Source: Candidatus Argoarchaeum ethanivorans (GTDB lineage: Archaea > Halobacteriota > Methanosarcinia > Methanosarcinales > EX4572-44). From it: 64,000 nucleotides of DNA. Location of the stretch: the NCBI GenBank assembly GCA_004193545.1, contig RPGO01000033.1:3841-67840 (forward strand), written 5' to 3'. Below, in pieces: positions 20,017 through 30,682 of the stretch. The first letter of the stretch is position 1. Every line of letters starts with the position of its first letter. The notes beneath the pieces are model-generated. The model was given only the letters and a program-made list of their open reading frames with translations, did no database searches and was not told the origin of the DNA. A program made the translations under genes and the position numbers.

Positions 20017-22329
20017 ATGGAATACATTGTACACCAATTAGTGAAACCAAGTACTGTGGAAAAGCGTGTATATCAACTCAACCTTGCAGCAGCAGCTTTG
20101 AAAGAGTCAAGTCTGGTGGTGCTTCCAACAGGGCTCGGTAAGACCATCGTAGCGCTTTTGGTTATAGTACAGCGTCTTAGAAAAGGTAAAATACTGGTGC
20201 TGTCTCCAACAAAGCCACTGGTGGAACAGCACGCAGCTTTCTTTAAAAGTGTGCTGAAACTATCAGAAGAACAGATCGTTACTTTTACCGGGAGTATCCC
20301 ACCAGCAAAGAGGATGGAGATGTGGAACGGTGCAAAAATTATTGTATCAACCCCGCAGGTGATTGAAAATGACCTGCTATCGCGACGCATAAACATCGAT
20401 AATGTAGCTCACATCACTTTTGATGAGGCACATCGAGCGGTTGGCAACTACGCTTATGTATATATTGCAGAGCGTTATTTCAAAGAGGCAGCAGATCCAC
20501 TCGTACTTGGTATTACTGCAAGTCCTGGAAGCACTGTTGAGAAGATAACTGATGTGTGCAGCAATCTCAATCTTACTAATATTGAACTGCGTGACGAGTA
20601 TGATGCCGATATCCAGCCATACGTATTCGAGAGAGAAATACAATGGAAAATCGTGAACATTCCAGTGGAACTAAAGGGGTTAAATAAACTGCTCACTGCT
20701 GTGATGGATGAAAAAGTAAAAAAGCTTGCAGAGCTTGGAACAATCATGCCACGACAAAAGAGACTTACTAAAACTGAACTGCTTGAACTACAAAAACGAC
20801 TTCAGGGGCAAATTCGAAGCTTTCCAAACCAGCAAATCTATCAATCAGTATCCCTGGTTGCAGAGGTCTTCAAGATCAGCCATGCAATCGAACTCGCTGA
20901 GACACAAGGACCGGATGCACTCTTGAAATACTTCAAACGCCTGGAGCACGAAGCAAACTCAAGAGGTGGCAGCAAAGCCTCCAAGCGATTGATGGAGGAT
21001 GTTCGTGTGCTAAAGGCGATACATGAACTGAAAAATATAGATATATCGTATCCAAAAATAAAAATGGTAGAGGAAGTCGTACAGGAAGAACTATTCCATA
21101 ACCCTGACTCACGTATTATTGTGTTTACCAATTATCGAGACACTTCAGAACTGGTAACAAACGCATTAAATGAAATCGAAGGAATAAAAGCAGTAAGATT
21201 TGTTGGACAAGCGAATAAATACAAAGATAACGGGCTAACCCAGAAACAGCAAGTAGCAATCATCAAGGACTTTAAAAAAGGAGAGTATAACACGCTTGTA
21301 GCAACATCTGTTGCAGAAGAGGGGCTTGACATACCTGCAACAGACCTTGTAGTATTCTACGAGCCAGTGCCATCAGAGATTCGAAGCATCCAGCGAAAGG
21401 GACGCACAGGCAGAAAACACGAGGGACGCATCACGGTCCTTGCTGCACGTGGCAGTCGAGACGAGGCTTACTACTGGAGCAGCGTTCACAAAGAGAAACA
21501 GATGCGGAAGATGATAGAAGAATTCAGACGCGATCTTAAAAATATCAGTATCAAACCACAATCACTGGATGCAGAAGCAATCGTTCTTCAGCAAGACAAT
21601 TTACCTGCCATAAACATGGTAGATATGAAAAACCCACCACAGAGACAACTTCTTGATTTTACCGCCTCCAAAGACCTGATAGTACCGCAGATATACATTG
21701 ACCAGCGGGAAATCCGTTCTACTGTCGCAAGAGAGCTTGAAAAACTCGGTGCTTGCATAATACTGCACACACTCGAAGTTGGAGACTATGTTCTAAGCGA
21801 TCGAGTGTGTGTCGAGAGAAAAACCACTGCAGACCTTCTATCAACCTTTATAGAAGAAGGACGCGACCTGTTTGCACAGCTTGGCGATTTATCCAGAAAC
21901 TATGAGCGTCCAATCATCATACTTGAAGGAAGAGACCTCTACACACAAAGACGCATTCACCCAAACGCTATTCGAGGTATCCTTGCAAGCATTGTCGTGG
22001 ACTTTAACATATCAATTATTCCAACAGATAATGAAGAAGAAACCGCAGCTATTATTTATACGATAGCAAGAAGAGAACAGGAAAATAAGAAGCGAATCCC
22101 AAAGCTGCACGGCAAAAAAACAAGCCAGAATTTGAAAGAACAGCAGGAATACGTGATAGCAGCTATTTCTAATATAGGACCAGTCGCAGCAGCGAAACTT
22201 CTTAATCACTTCAAACAGATCAAAGCTATTACAACAGCCAGTGAAGAAGAACTTATTGGGGTTGAGGGAATTGGCAGAAAAACCGCTAAGCGAATCATAG
22301 AAACTACCCAGAGCCAGTACAAAGGATAA
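20017..22329 (+). CDS. hef: Hef helicase/nuclease (long archaeal XPF/FANCM-type)
   Basis: It has SF2 helicase motifs (PTGLGKT, DEAH, TSVAEEGLD, QRKGRTGR). It also has an ERCC4 nuclease motif (GDYVLSDRVCVERK) and a C-terminal HhH2. Confidence 0.9.
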   Translation: MEYIVHQLVKPSTVEKRVYQLNLAAAALKESSLVVLPTGLGKTIVALLVIVQRLRKGKILVLSPTKPLVEQHAAFFKSVLKLSEEQIVTFTGSIPPAKRMEMWNGAKIIVSTPQVIENDLLSRRINIDNVAHITFDEAHRAVGNYAYVYIAERYFKEAADPLVLGITASPGSTVEKITDVCSNLNLTNIELRDEYDADIQPYVFEREIQWKIVNIPVELKGLNKLLTAVMDEKVKKLAELGTIMPRQKRLTKTELLELQKRLQGQIRSFPNQQIYQSVSLVAEVFKISHAIELAETQGPDALLKYFKRLEHEANSRGGSKASKRLMEDVRVLKAIHELKNIDISYPKIKMVEEVVQEELFHNPDSRIIVFTNYRDTSELVTNALNEIEGIKAVRFVGQANKYKDNGLTQKQQVAIIKDFKKGEYNTLVATSVAEEGLDIPATDLVVFYEPVPSEIRSIQRKGRTGRKHEGRITVLAARGSRDEAYYWSSVHKEKQMRKMIEEFRRDLKNISIKPQSLDAEAIVLQQDNLPAINMVDMKNPPQRQLLDFTASKDLIVPQIYIDQREIRSTVARELEKLGACIILHTLEVGDYVLSDRVCVERKTTADLLSTFIEEGRDLFAQLGDLSRNYERPIIILEGRDLYTQRRIHPNAIRGILASIVVDFNISIIPTDNEEETAAIIYTIARREQENKKRIPKLHGKKTSQNLKEQQEYVIAAISNIGPVAAAKLLNHFKQIKAITTASEEELIGVEGIGRKTAKRIIETTQSQYKG

Positions 22330-22412
22330 TAGATAATAGCTACAATACTACTTTCCAGTTCTGTGTCTGAAATATATTTTTAAGACACTGATTAACAAGA
22401 GATTTAAATAAA

Positions 22413-22431
22413 CTGCACACCCCGTGTGCAG
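22413..22431. repeat. hairpin repeat
   Basis: CTGCACAC-ccc-GTGTGCAG followed by AAATAAC. Confidence 0.75.
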
Positions 22432-22522
22432 AAATAACAAATTCTGATTGTAACTCTTGATTGTGCAAGTGCACACTTCGTATGTAGAATTCTGTATCGA
22501 ATTTCAGTAGCAAGAGAACTGG

Positions 22523-22548
22523 GTGCGTTTATACTTTCCTATGCGTTT
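22523..22548 (-). repeat. 26-nt motif family copy (AAACGCATAGGAAAGTATAAACGCAC on the minus strand)
   Basis: It matches 3199-3224 and 12076-12101 with 2-3 mismatches. Confidence 0.6.
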
Positions 22549-22616
22549 AAAATAAGCCGGACGCTCCCATGATTTATTGTTTCAAAACCATCCTTCTTCC
22601 GTATTTCTTCAGTGAG

Positions 22617-22943
22617 TATAGTCAAACACCCAACATTTAGGACTTTTGAATGTGTGGCGCAAATTTATTATAGTTACGAACCTAATATTTCTAACTTATG
22701 TTCCTCATCAATAAATTTTTCAATCCACCCTTTCGCAAAGCTAATCTGTGATGAATATTTCCGAAACTTATCAATGATTATCTCTTTCATGTGATTTAAA
22801 TCTACAGAATATTTCCGAAACTTATCAATGATTATCTCTTTCATGTGATTTAAATCTACAATAAACTCGCGTGAAATGACTTTCTTGATGCTTTTCCAGA
22901 TGAATTCAATTGGATTCCATGCGTGATCGGTTAAGCTCTCCAC
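22617..22943 (-). pseudogene. 3' fragment of an IS630-family transposase gene plus its terminal repeat region
   Basis: It has a C-terminal ..WNPIEFIWKSIKK.. motif. An in-frame 54-bp tandem duplication spans 22753-22860. The 54-bp end sequence 22617-22670 recurs at 48516-48569. Confidence 0.6.
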
Positions 22944-24372
22944 TCATCCATTAATCTCTTCCGATTTACGTTCGGATCAAGCGCTTGACTTTGATAAACT
23001 TCAAATAGCTCTATAAGGCTTGCATCAATATCTGAATAGTTGAGAATAGCATCAAAGAGTCGGTGTGCTTTTTCAACAAATATGGTTGCCCATCTCAAGT
23101 GGGTATATCTTGGCGCATTTTCGAGATTGGCCGAGAAAACCAAAAGGTATACACGTCTTGATATTATCAGTGCTAATATCCTCACCCATAAGAGTACTTT
23201 TACTATTTGTGGATTTGAAAAGGGCAAGATGTCAATGCCATATCTGCTTTTGAGTTCTTTAAAGATCTGTTCTATTTCCCATCTTGCCGAATATAGAACT
23301 GCTATATACTCAGCATCAAGTCGATCTGTAGGAATGTTTGTGATATAAGTATGATATTTTTTTCTTCTGTGTTATAAATCGCCACCATGCGGAATTTTTT
23401 CACATCTCTTTTTTGCTTTCCCTTATATTTTCTACGATTGAACTCAACTTCTACCTCAGCATCAATAACTTGCCTTTTCAGGTTATCTATAACCTCACTT
23501 ACTTTCTTTCCCATGATATCTATATAACGTCCACGACACGTACGGTTATTTTTTATAATAAGAGGATCGACCTTACCTTTCAGCCTACTGATAAAGAATC
23601 CACCATTTTCATCAATACGAGCGAAGGTATTGTGTTTATAAAATCCAAGATCTGTTAGTAGTATGCGATCTTTTAACCAGGGACCCATTCGAAGTGTCTT
23701 AACTTCACTGGTGCGTTCCCCATGTAATACTACCCTTTTAGGACCTTCTGCTATTGCACTAATAAGAAGACTTATTTTAACACCAGCAGCTGTTTTTCTT
23801 GTTCTTGCAGCAGGCCATTTATCAGCTAATCTCTCATGTAATCGAATGATTGTACTATCCTGAGCAACGATGTCTTTGAAACCGGATAGTTTATCATTCA
23901 GTTTCCGATTAGAGCTTTGCGTAATGTCTTCCGGACCATGTAAGATACAGGCATGAATAAATTTCACAAGTTCTGGTGTGAAACGATCATAAAAACTACT
24001 ACTACTGATGTGTATTTCACCTTTTTCTTCATAAAGGACGTCGCAAACTTGCTAACGTTCTCTGAAGCTGCACTCCAAATCCTAATGATAATGTCCAGAA
24101 CATAAGTACAGGATTTATCTTTCTGTCTCGCTTGATAAATCCCGTTTCTTTGGCTGTTTTTTGAAGAAATTCTGGTGAAAATAATCTACTGAGGTCTTCT
24201 TCTATTACTTTTGCTTTTTGTTTCTTTTTCGCCACTCAGATTCCCTCCGAATGGATGGGATATTCATGTAAATATATTTAAACTTTTACAGACAGCTTTT
24301 AATCAGTTATAGATGTACTCATTTTTCTAAAAACCATAAGCAAGGAGGCTATTAGATTCCTTAACCGATCAC
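22923..24372 (-). mobile_element. IS4-family-like insertion sequence with a frameshifted transposase
   Basis: A 13-bp perfect inverted repeat GTGATCGGTTAAG (22923-22935) pairs with CTTAACCGATCAC (24360-24372). The transposase is split over ORFs 24235-24029, 23967-23302 and 23227-22931. Confidence 0.65.
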
Positions 24373-24458
24373 CAATGGAGTGTGATAATTTCTTGGGACC
24401 AGTTTTTACTATGGCACAGTATTCATTCCCAGGTGATTCGTAACAAGTCTTAATAAAA

Positions 24459-25655
24459 ATGCCGCCAGTTCAATCATACATGTCTGAACGAAAACTAACA
24501 ATCGTTGTTGACATCAACGATGACGCAGTCAACAGCATAGAGGATCTCGAAAGGGAGATTCTTGCCCAAGACATCTGCGGGCAGGCGGCAAGGAAATATC
24601 TCGACAGTTTGCAGGATAATCTGGCACAACAAGTGGAAATAAGGAAGGGAAGCAAAAAAGTACACATCAAAACACCCCATTTTGAATTTGACTTCCATGC
24701 AAAGAGAACACTCGATGAAGCGGGGAAAAAACGTTTATAATACCTTATCTACACAACCGAAATAAAAATCTGCTCGATTCCATACATTATCCTTCATGGA
24801 AATACCTCTGCACAATAGTCTCATTTTCGGAGGCATCTTTTCTGATTGACATCTTACAGGGTATCAAAGTGAGTTCTTTTAAGTTAAAGAAGATATTTTA
24901 CGAAAGCAATGTACTCCCTGCAAGAAATCCAATTTATTCGCAATACAACTACCAAACGATCGGTGCTATAAGCATAGATGACACCAAATCGAAACGAAGG
25001 TCTGGCGGTCGTCCCAGCATCAAAGGAGCGTTGGGGCTCGATTTGGAAAGCGGGGAAGCGTTTCTTCTATACCTGGGTGCGGTCAAGAACTGGTCAGAGG
25101 CCCTATCCCCACATCAGGGATAATTACAACATTTCTGATGAAGTATATGCCATCTGCGACGGTGACGAAAACTTACAGCGGCATCTGGAAGGGTATGGCT
25201 ACAAAGTACAGCAATGCACGAATCATTTTGTCAAAACATCAATGTATTACCTGTGGAAAGAGCAATATCCAAAAGGTGAGCGAATGAAGCTCAAAAAGGA
25301 GATAAGCAGAATAATTTCTACGTTGAAGAATTCGGTGAAAAAGCACAGAATAGATCACGATTTTGCAAGACTCGAGTGGAGGATCGATAAGACCCAAAAA
25401 GAGTTGCTATTAATCGCCAATGAGTTGCTATCAAGGAACAAAGACAGCACTACTGCCAAATTTATTCTCAGGACTGCTGGCAAAGTAACCCTCTTCGCAG
25501 AATTGACAACAAGAGTAATACAGATTCATGACACCAACAATCATGTTGAAAAACTCATGGGGATCGTTGGACAGAGAATAAAGAAGAATCGCCAGTCATG
25601 GGTTGATAAGAACCTGGATATTATGGTGAACACAATCTGGCAGATAATCTCGTAG
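24459..25655 (+). pseudogene. second DDE transposase gene, fragmented (IS256/ISLre2-like motifs)
   Basis: Three overlapping or consecutive ORFs carry ISIDDT, ICDGDE and TNNHVEKLMG..R.KKNRQSW (D, D, E-like motifs). Confidence 0.5.
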
Positions 25656-25990
25656 GCGACGGTTTTGGGCATGTGTTGTTGTGTGTTCCGGATCCGCACC
25701 AGTGTTACTGGATTTTTCGGTCAGATCCCCAGTGCCCCAAATTGATACTGGTCCCAAATTATTTAATATTGAAATTAATAATTGATGGTGCAAAGAGTTT
25801 TTCAACGGGCGCTGGAAACTTTTTCAAGACTATTATGTTTTATAAAAATTTCCATTTCTATTCTTCGGGATCAAATAAAGATAAGAATACAATGCATTCC
25901 ATAGGAGTTAATTCAGATTCGATGTTTGATTTTATCCAATTGCATTAAGAGCGCCAACATGTAATGTAATGTAATACTCAAAAATTCCCC

Positions 25991-26256
25991 GATCCCAACC
26001 AAATAAAAAGGAAATACAAGACATATCAAGGAATACTCGCCTTTCTAACAAGAAAAATGGAATACTGGACATCAAAACATGGGAAGATACAACACCCAAC
26101 AAGTTGACAGCCCCCTTGTAGCAAAGTCTTTGATCCCAACCAAATAAAAAGGAAATACAAGACATATCAAGGAATACTCGCCTTTCTAACAAGAAAAATG
26201 GAATACTGGACATCAAAACATGGGAAGATACAACACCCAACAAGTTGACAGCCCCC
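25991..26256 (+). repeat. 125-bp perfect direct repeat, two copies separated by 16 bp
   Basis: 25991-26115 is identical to 26132-26256. The terminal 24 nt recurs inverted at 60019-60042. Confidence 0.9.
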
Positions 26257-26309
26257 ATTAAAGGGAATCCTTTTATCCTTTCAGTCAGTTCTATGAACTG
26301 TTTCAAAAG

Positions 26310-27266
26310 ATGACGATAAAATTGAATGAACTGCTTGATATTCAGGAGAATATCATATTAATGGAATCTGAATATCAAAACAATACTTACATAACAAAAA
26401 GCTTAAAATTTTTATATAACACTGTATCAGAGCTTTCACGATTTAATGAGCCAGTGGATGCGAAAATAATTATGCTTGAGGAATTGGGTAGCGTCTATGC
26501 TCTTGGGTTGTACAATCCTCCTATCAAGCAACCGGCCTTTTGGACACTACTCACAACAGTACTTGACACAGAACATCAAAACACATTTAACGAATTTGTG
26601 CATGCAATAAAAAGTCACATCGCAGATGAAGGTGTCTTAACACTCCATATTGAAAAAAGTGAGTTTATAGAAGCCATAAGGGAGTATTATTCGATAAAGC
26701 TTATAGAGACTCTAAAAAATTGTCCTGTTAACTCTGAGTTCGTATACAATAAGCCACGAGTGGAGCGGTTAAAAATAATAATAAATCAATTAGAACAATC
26801 CCATAGTCTTGACCTGTCTGGAAGGGTACTTGAAATATGCTGTGGCAACGGCATGGCAACCGCAGCTTTAAGCGAACTTGATATTCGACCGTTGTGTATA
26901 GACAACGATTCATATTCTATCCTCGAAGGACTTGCCAGTGAGGTGTTAAAACCGGAAAAAACGATAGTTGCAAATGTGGCAGAATTAACAGATGTTATAA
27001 AAGGTGAAGAATTTGACGCTTCTATTGGATTCATGCTTGGAGATATTGATGAATTCAACAGACCTTCATGGAAAGAGATACTAATACAAACCATAAAACT
27101 AACAAAAAAAGGCGGGAATCTCCTGTTTACTTTTCGAACAGAACCGGAAGTTGTGTTTGTCAAAGACTTGCTTGAAGAACTTGCAACAGGTGATGTGATT
27201 TGCCAGAGTGAAACAGAATCGCTGTATGATTGCTGGATATATATTGGAAAAAAGAAACCTGTGTAA
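26310..27266 (+). CDS. class I SAM-dependent methyltransferase with an unknown N-terminal domain
   Basis: Motif I-like VLEICCGNGMATAAL lies in the C-terminal half. The N-terminal about 170 aa has no recognisable motif. Confidence 0.6.
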   Translation: MTIKLNELLDIQENIILMESEYQNNTYITKSLKFLYNTVSELSRFNEPVDAKIIMLEELGSVYALGLYNPPIKQPAFWTLLTTVLDTEHQNTFNEFVHAIKSHIADEGVLTLHIEKSEFIEAIREYYSIKLIETLKNCPVNSEFVYNKPRVERLKIIINQLEQSHSLDLSGRVLEICCGNGMATAALSELDIRPLCIDNDSYSILEGLASEVLKPEKTIVANVAELTDVIKGEEFDASIGFMLGDIDEFNRPSWKEILIQTIKLTKKGGNLLFTFRTEPEVVFVKDLLEELATGDVICQSETESLYDCWIYIGKKKPV

Positions 27267-27448
27267 GTTATTGTATTATTCCATAAGTATAATTTGGAAT
27301 TTTTGTGGCATAAACCATAGAGGGATGTGAAGGGTGGTGGTTTTGGGTGGTAAAAGTGCATATCTGTGATAGAGACTGTCACGTCATCTGGCGATAACAC
27401 GGTTTTGAAGTTATGTTGATTTGAGTCTCGCGGACGCCGCTATGAAAT

Positions 27449-28345
27449 TCATCCGGATAATAGTATCTCTGCACTTCCCATCGTGTCAATCTTCGATGGC
27501 AGGATGTCGTTTTTTGCTTGTAATATCAGCTCAGCAATCTCATGTGTGAGAACCTGACTTACTGGTACAATCGAGGCTGTTGCCCTTGGGTTTACATCCA
27601 CTACACAGGGCTGATCGCTGTTGATGATGTCCACACCAGCATACCCACGACAACCAAGTATTTTTATCGCTGTTGATGCGATACCAAGTATTTCCTTTTT
27701 GTTCTCCACTTCAAAAGGTGTCTGATTTCCATGGTATGTGATACTGCCTCTATTATGGCGTATTATCTGGCGGTTAATCGTAAGCGGTAGTATGCTGCTG
27801 TTTGACGCTACAAGGCTCACACTGATGTGCTCTCCTTTGATATACTCTGTTGCAACAGCATCTTTGGGAATCTTCTGCATACCTGTCACATTTATCCTGT
27901 TTATCCCCTCACTGCCACAGCCAAAGCGGGGTTTTACCACCCAGATTCCCTGTGTCACACAATTAATTACTGTGCGGGGCACTGGAAGATTGTGCTGCTT
28001 CAGCATCCTTGTGCAGGCAAGCTTATCAGCACATACATGAACGGCATCAGGAGATGAGCCAAGATTACAGGTATTCTCTTCAAGTATCTCTGTTGCCTTC
28101 TTCAACAGTTCATCAGGTGCTATTACCATGCCCGCATCACAGCTCTTTGAAAATTCAAGAGACTTGAAAAAACTTCTTGAAGGCAAAGCATGCCCGCATG
28201 AAAGCCTGGTTCCTGCTGTTGGATAATACACAGTGTGCTTGCAGCGAGAAAAACTTGCTACAAGTGTATTAAGCATCATCAGCCCCTGTTGAATGAACTT
28301 GGCATCATTATTTGCCACTGCATACTCAGCAACGAAAATGCGCAT
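27449..28345 (-). CDS. ATP-grasp ligase (MfnD-like, tentative)
   Basis: It is about 298 aa with N-terminal MRIFVAEYAV and ATP-grasp-like WVVKPR.G.GS / EYI.G. The specific assignment is from memory of archaeal MfnD-type proteins. Confidence 0.45.
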   Translation of the reverse strand: MRIFVAEYAVANNDAKFIQQGLMMLNTLVASFSRCKHTVYYPTAGTRLSCGHALPSRSFFKSLEFSKSCDAGMVIAPDELLKKATEILEENTCNLGSSPDAVHVCADKLACTRMLKQHNLPVPRTVINCVTQGIWVVKPRFGCGSEGINRINVTGMQKIPKDAVATEYIKGEHISVSLVASNSSILPLTINRQIIRHNRGSITYHGNQTPFEVENKKEILGIASTAIKILGCRGYAGVDIINSDQPCVVDVNPRATASIVPVSQVLTHEIAELILQAKNDILPSKIDTMGSAEILLSG

Positions 28346-28564
28346 GTGAAATTAATAGTCCTTTATTTTATGCCACGTCAATGTCATCCCACAATATACC
28401 ATGATATACAAAAGTATATACATTTTTCTATTAACATCGCCAGAAATCAATTTCGCCTAACCTTCCGAGCATATACGATGTTGCGATCGAAGGGGGCAAT
28501 GTCCCGAAGGGCAAAGGCGTAAGCCCGTAGCGTATATGCGGTGTCATGTACTGTGTCGCCCAAA

Positions 28565-29374
28565 TTATTCTCTTGAAGCAAATCGTATACTATTTTCCCA
28601 TTCCTGATAAGGTTCAAGATCATATCGTTTTGCCACTTCTTTAAGATACTTCTTAGCTGTCCCTTGGGGCAATTCCAATCTTTCATCAAGTTTTTGATAG
28701 TGAACTAATTTGCCCATAAATACGGACGAATCACGATCCTTATAAAGGGTAGAATACTTAGTATAGTTATGATGCTCATTATACAAATACTCCTCATCCA
28801 ATACTTCTTTTAGCTCATCACTTGAATAAACCCCATATGGCCCCGTATATATCGTTCCCGTATCTAGATCTTTGCTATCTAATTTTAATTCCGTATATTT
28901 AGGAAGACGTGATTTTATAGCACTTCCCTTAAAACCTTTCATGTTTCCAAAGCCAAATTGATCGCAAAGGGTTTGAAAAAACAGTTTTATGTGTTCAGCT
29001 TTACCTAACGATAAAGCTTGCAACCGACTAAGTGGTTCAGGAAGTTCAGAAAATTCTATTTCAGGAGCACATAAGGGGTATATCCTACCTTTACCTTCAG
29101 TCATTTTAGACCAAGAAGCTCCTACTTCAAACCATATCCAAGGTCTATTGATAGAAACAGGCGTCATCAATACAACAACAGCCTTTGCTTTATCTAGATT
29201 TTCTTTGACACTATTTAGCCAGTCAGAACCAGGTTTCATAACGCCAGGTACACTTGAAGCAAAGACATGGACACCATTGGCAAACACACGATCAATTTCT
29301 GCTTTCAAGATTTCCGCGATAGGTTTATCTGTTGCAGCATGACTGACGAATATTACTGGCTTTTCGTTTTTCAT
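28565..29374 (-). CDS. TIR-like domain protein with an unknown C-terminal domain
   Basis: The N-terminal about 130 aa reads IFVSHAATDKPIAEILKAEI..VFASS....G..W...V...L..AKAVVVLMTP.S..RPWIWFEVG, a TIR/ThsB-like pattern including a candidate catalytic Glu. Confidence 0.7.
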   Translation of the reverse strand: MKNEKPVIFVSHAATDKPIAEILKAEIDRVFANGVHVFASSVPGVMKPGSDWLNSVKENLDKAKAVVVLMTPVSINRPWIWFEVGASWSKMTEGKGRIYPLCAPEIEFSELPEPLSRLQALSLGKAEHIKLFFQTLCDQFGFGNMKGFKGSAIKSRLPKYTELKLDSKDLDTGTIYTGPYGVYSSDELKEVLDEEYLYNEHHNYTKYSTLYKDRDSSVFMGKLVHYQKLDERLELPQGTAKKYLKEVAKRYDLEPYQEWENSIRFASRE

Positions 29375-29517
29375 ATTTTCCCTCTTTTATGCGGCATTTC
29401 ATATAACGGATTTGGTATATCTGAAGTTTTTGCGGAGCGTAGCGGAGCAAATTTAGGCGAAACGAAGTGAGCCGTATATGCGGTGTTATCTGCCGTCAAG
29501 ATTCCCTTTTTTTCATA

Positions 29518-30543
29518 CTATGCCTTGGTATTTTTTACAAATTTAATTGTCCGTTCCGCGGAGATTATCAAATCATTGTATGTGAGAATTTCTATTGCGG
29601 GATTCAGTCTCTCCTTCGCCCTTACTTTCTTCAGTTCATCATCAGAAATCCCAAATCCAATAATGAGATAACATTTTGGATTATCAAAGTTTAATCCTTT
29701 GCGTCCAAGGTAGTCTTTTTCTTCTCTCGCAAAATTTAGATACCTTTCTATCTGATTCCATGCATCATTGAATTCAGAAGTAAAATTTCTGTCTTTGCGA
29801 AAAATAGGTACAAATGGCTGTTTAATCTCAAAAATATCCCTATTTTTATTATTGACCTTTACTCCAGTAAAATCAGGGATGTTTTCATCATCAAGTTTTC
29901 TATGACCTTGGACTGATTCGTACCGGAGATCCAATACCCAAGAGTGTCTTTGGATCCATTTTTGATATTCAGATTCATTTGTTTCCCGTCTCTCGAGCAA
30001 TTCTTTTAGCTCATGAATAGGTTTGTCTAAATCAGAGATTTCGTTAGGTGGTAATGTCTTCAGCAGTTTTTTAACCTCCGCCCTACCAATAAAGATACAA
30101 TTTTCTGGACCCGGTTGTTCCCCAACTCTTATTTCTCTGGTTGATTTGGCAAATCTTAGTTCTTCTTTGTTACGATACAAAACAAACCCTCCCGCAAAAC
30201 GCTCTTCGCCCAATAAAAAAATAACCCCGTCTTCGACCCACTGATTGTGCTCTGGTGAAAAAAAGACTTCTTGTCCTGCCATATTAATACTTTTGAAGCT
30301 GTAGTTTTGGGTAATAGTATATCGCATTAAAGCGAGGAGAGATGCTCTTGTTTTGTTCGCAAGAAGGAACTCTGCAATACTCGGATACCTTTTGACCTTT
30401 GAAGGGTCAAGAATTGCCCTCAAAAGATCATCCATTGCCCCCGCACCAAGTAACTTACCCACTTCAGAGTCTGAAAGTTCCTGTAATATGTCCGCCAATT
30501 CCTTGGTTATCTGTTTCCCTCTTTTAATTTTTTCTTCGTTCAT
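29518..30543 (-). CDS. Shedu-like nuclease (DUF4263 / PD-(D/E)xK C-terminal domain) with an unknown N-terminal domain
   Basis: The C-terminal half reads ESEYQKWIQRHSWVLD...IPDF...DIFEIKQP...W.QIERYL......PKCYLIIG....TYNDLI. This matches the DUF4263 layout as I remember it. Confidence 0.7.
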   Translation of the reverse strand: MNEEKIKRGKQITKELADILQELSDSEVGKLLGAGAMDDLLRAILDPSKVKRYPSIAEFLLANKTRASLLALMRYTITQNYSFKSINMAGQEVFFSPEHNQWVEDGVIFLLGEERFAGGFVLYRNKEELRFAKSTREIRVGEQPGPENCIFIGRAEVKKLLKTLPPNEISDLDKPIHELKELLERRETNESEYQKWIQRHSWVLDLRYESVQGHRKLDDENIPDFTGVKVNNKNRDIFEIKQPFVPIFRKDRNFTSEFNDAWNQIERYLNFAREEKDYLGRKGLNFDNPKCYLIIGFGISDDELKKVRAKERLNPAIEILTYNDLIISAERTIKFVKNTKA

Positions 30544-30682
30544 TTTCTAACAGTCCATCTTTAACAAGTTGATGGCAGATAACTCATTTATATCTGCATT
30601 GCACATATCATTCCATTTTTGGAGTATATCTGCATTGCGTAGTATACTTATTTTGGATGTGTTGTCCAGCTTTTTCCATATG

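Noticed and set aside
28455-28461. GCCTAAC / GTTAGGC, the canonical integron attC core heptamer, downstream of the TIR-like gene. A near-copy (TTTAGGC) lies at 29452-29458.
   Set aside because: I could not find the paired inverse core and L-box arrangement of an attC site. No IntI-type integrase is in the window. A single 7-mer is expected by chance. It is kept only as part of the flanking-repeat description.
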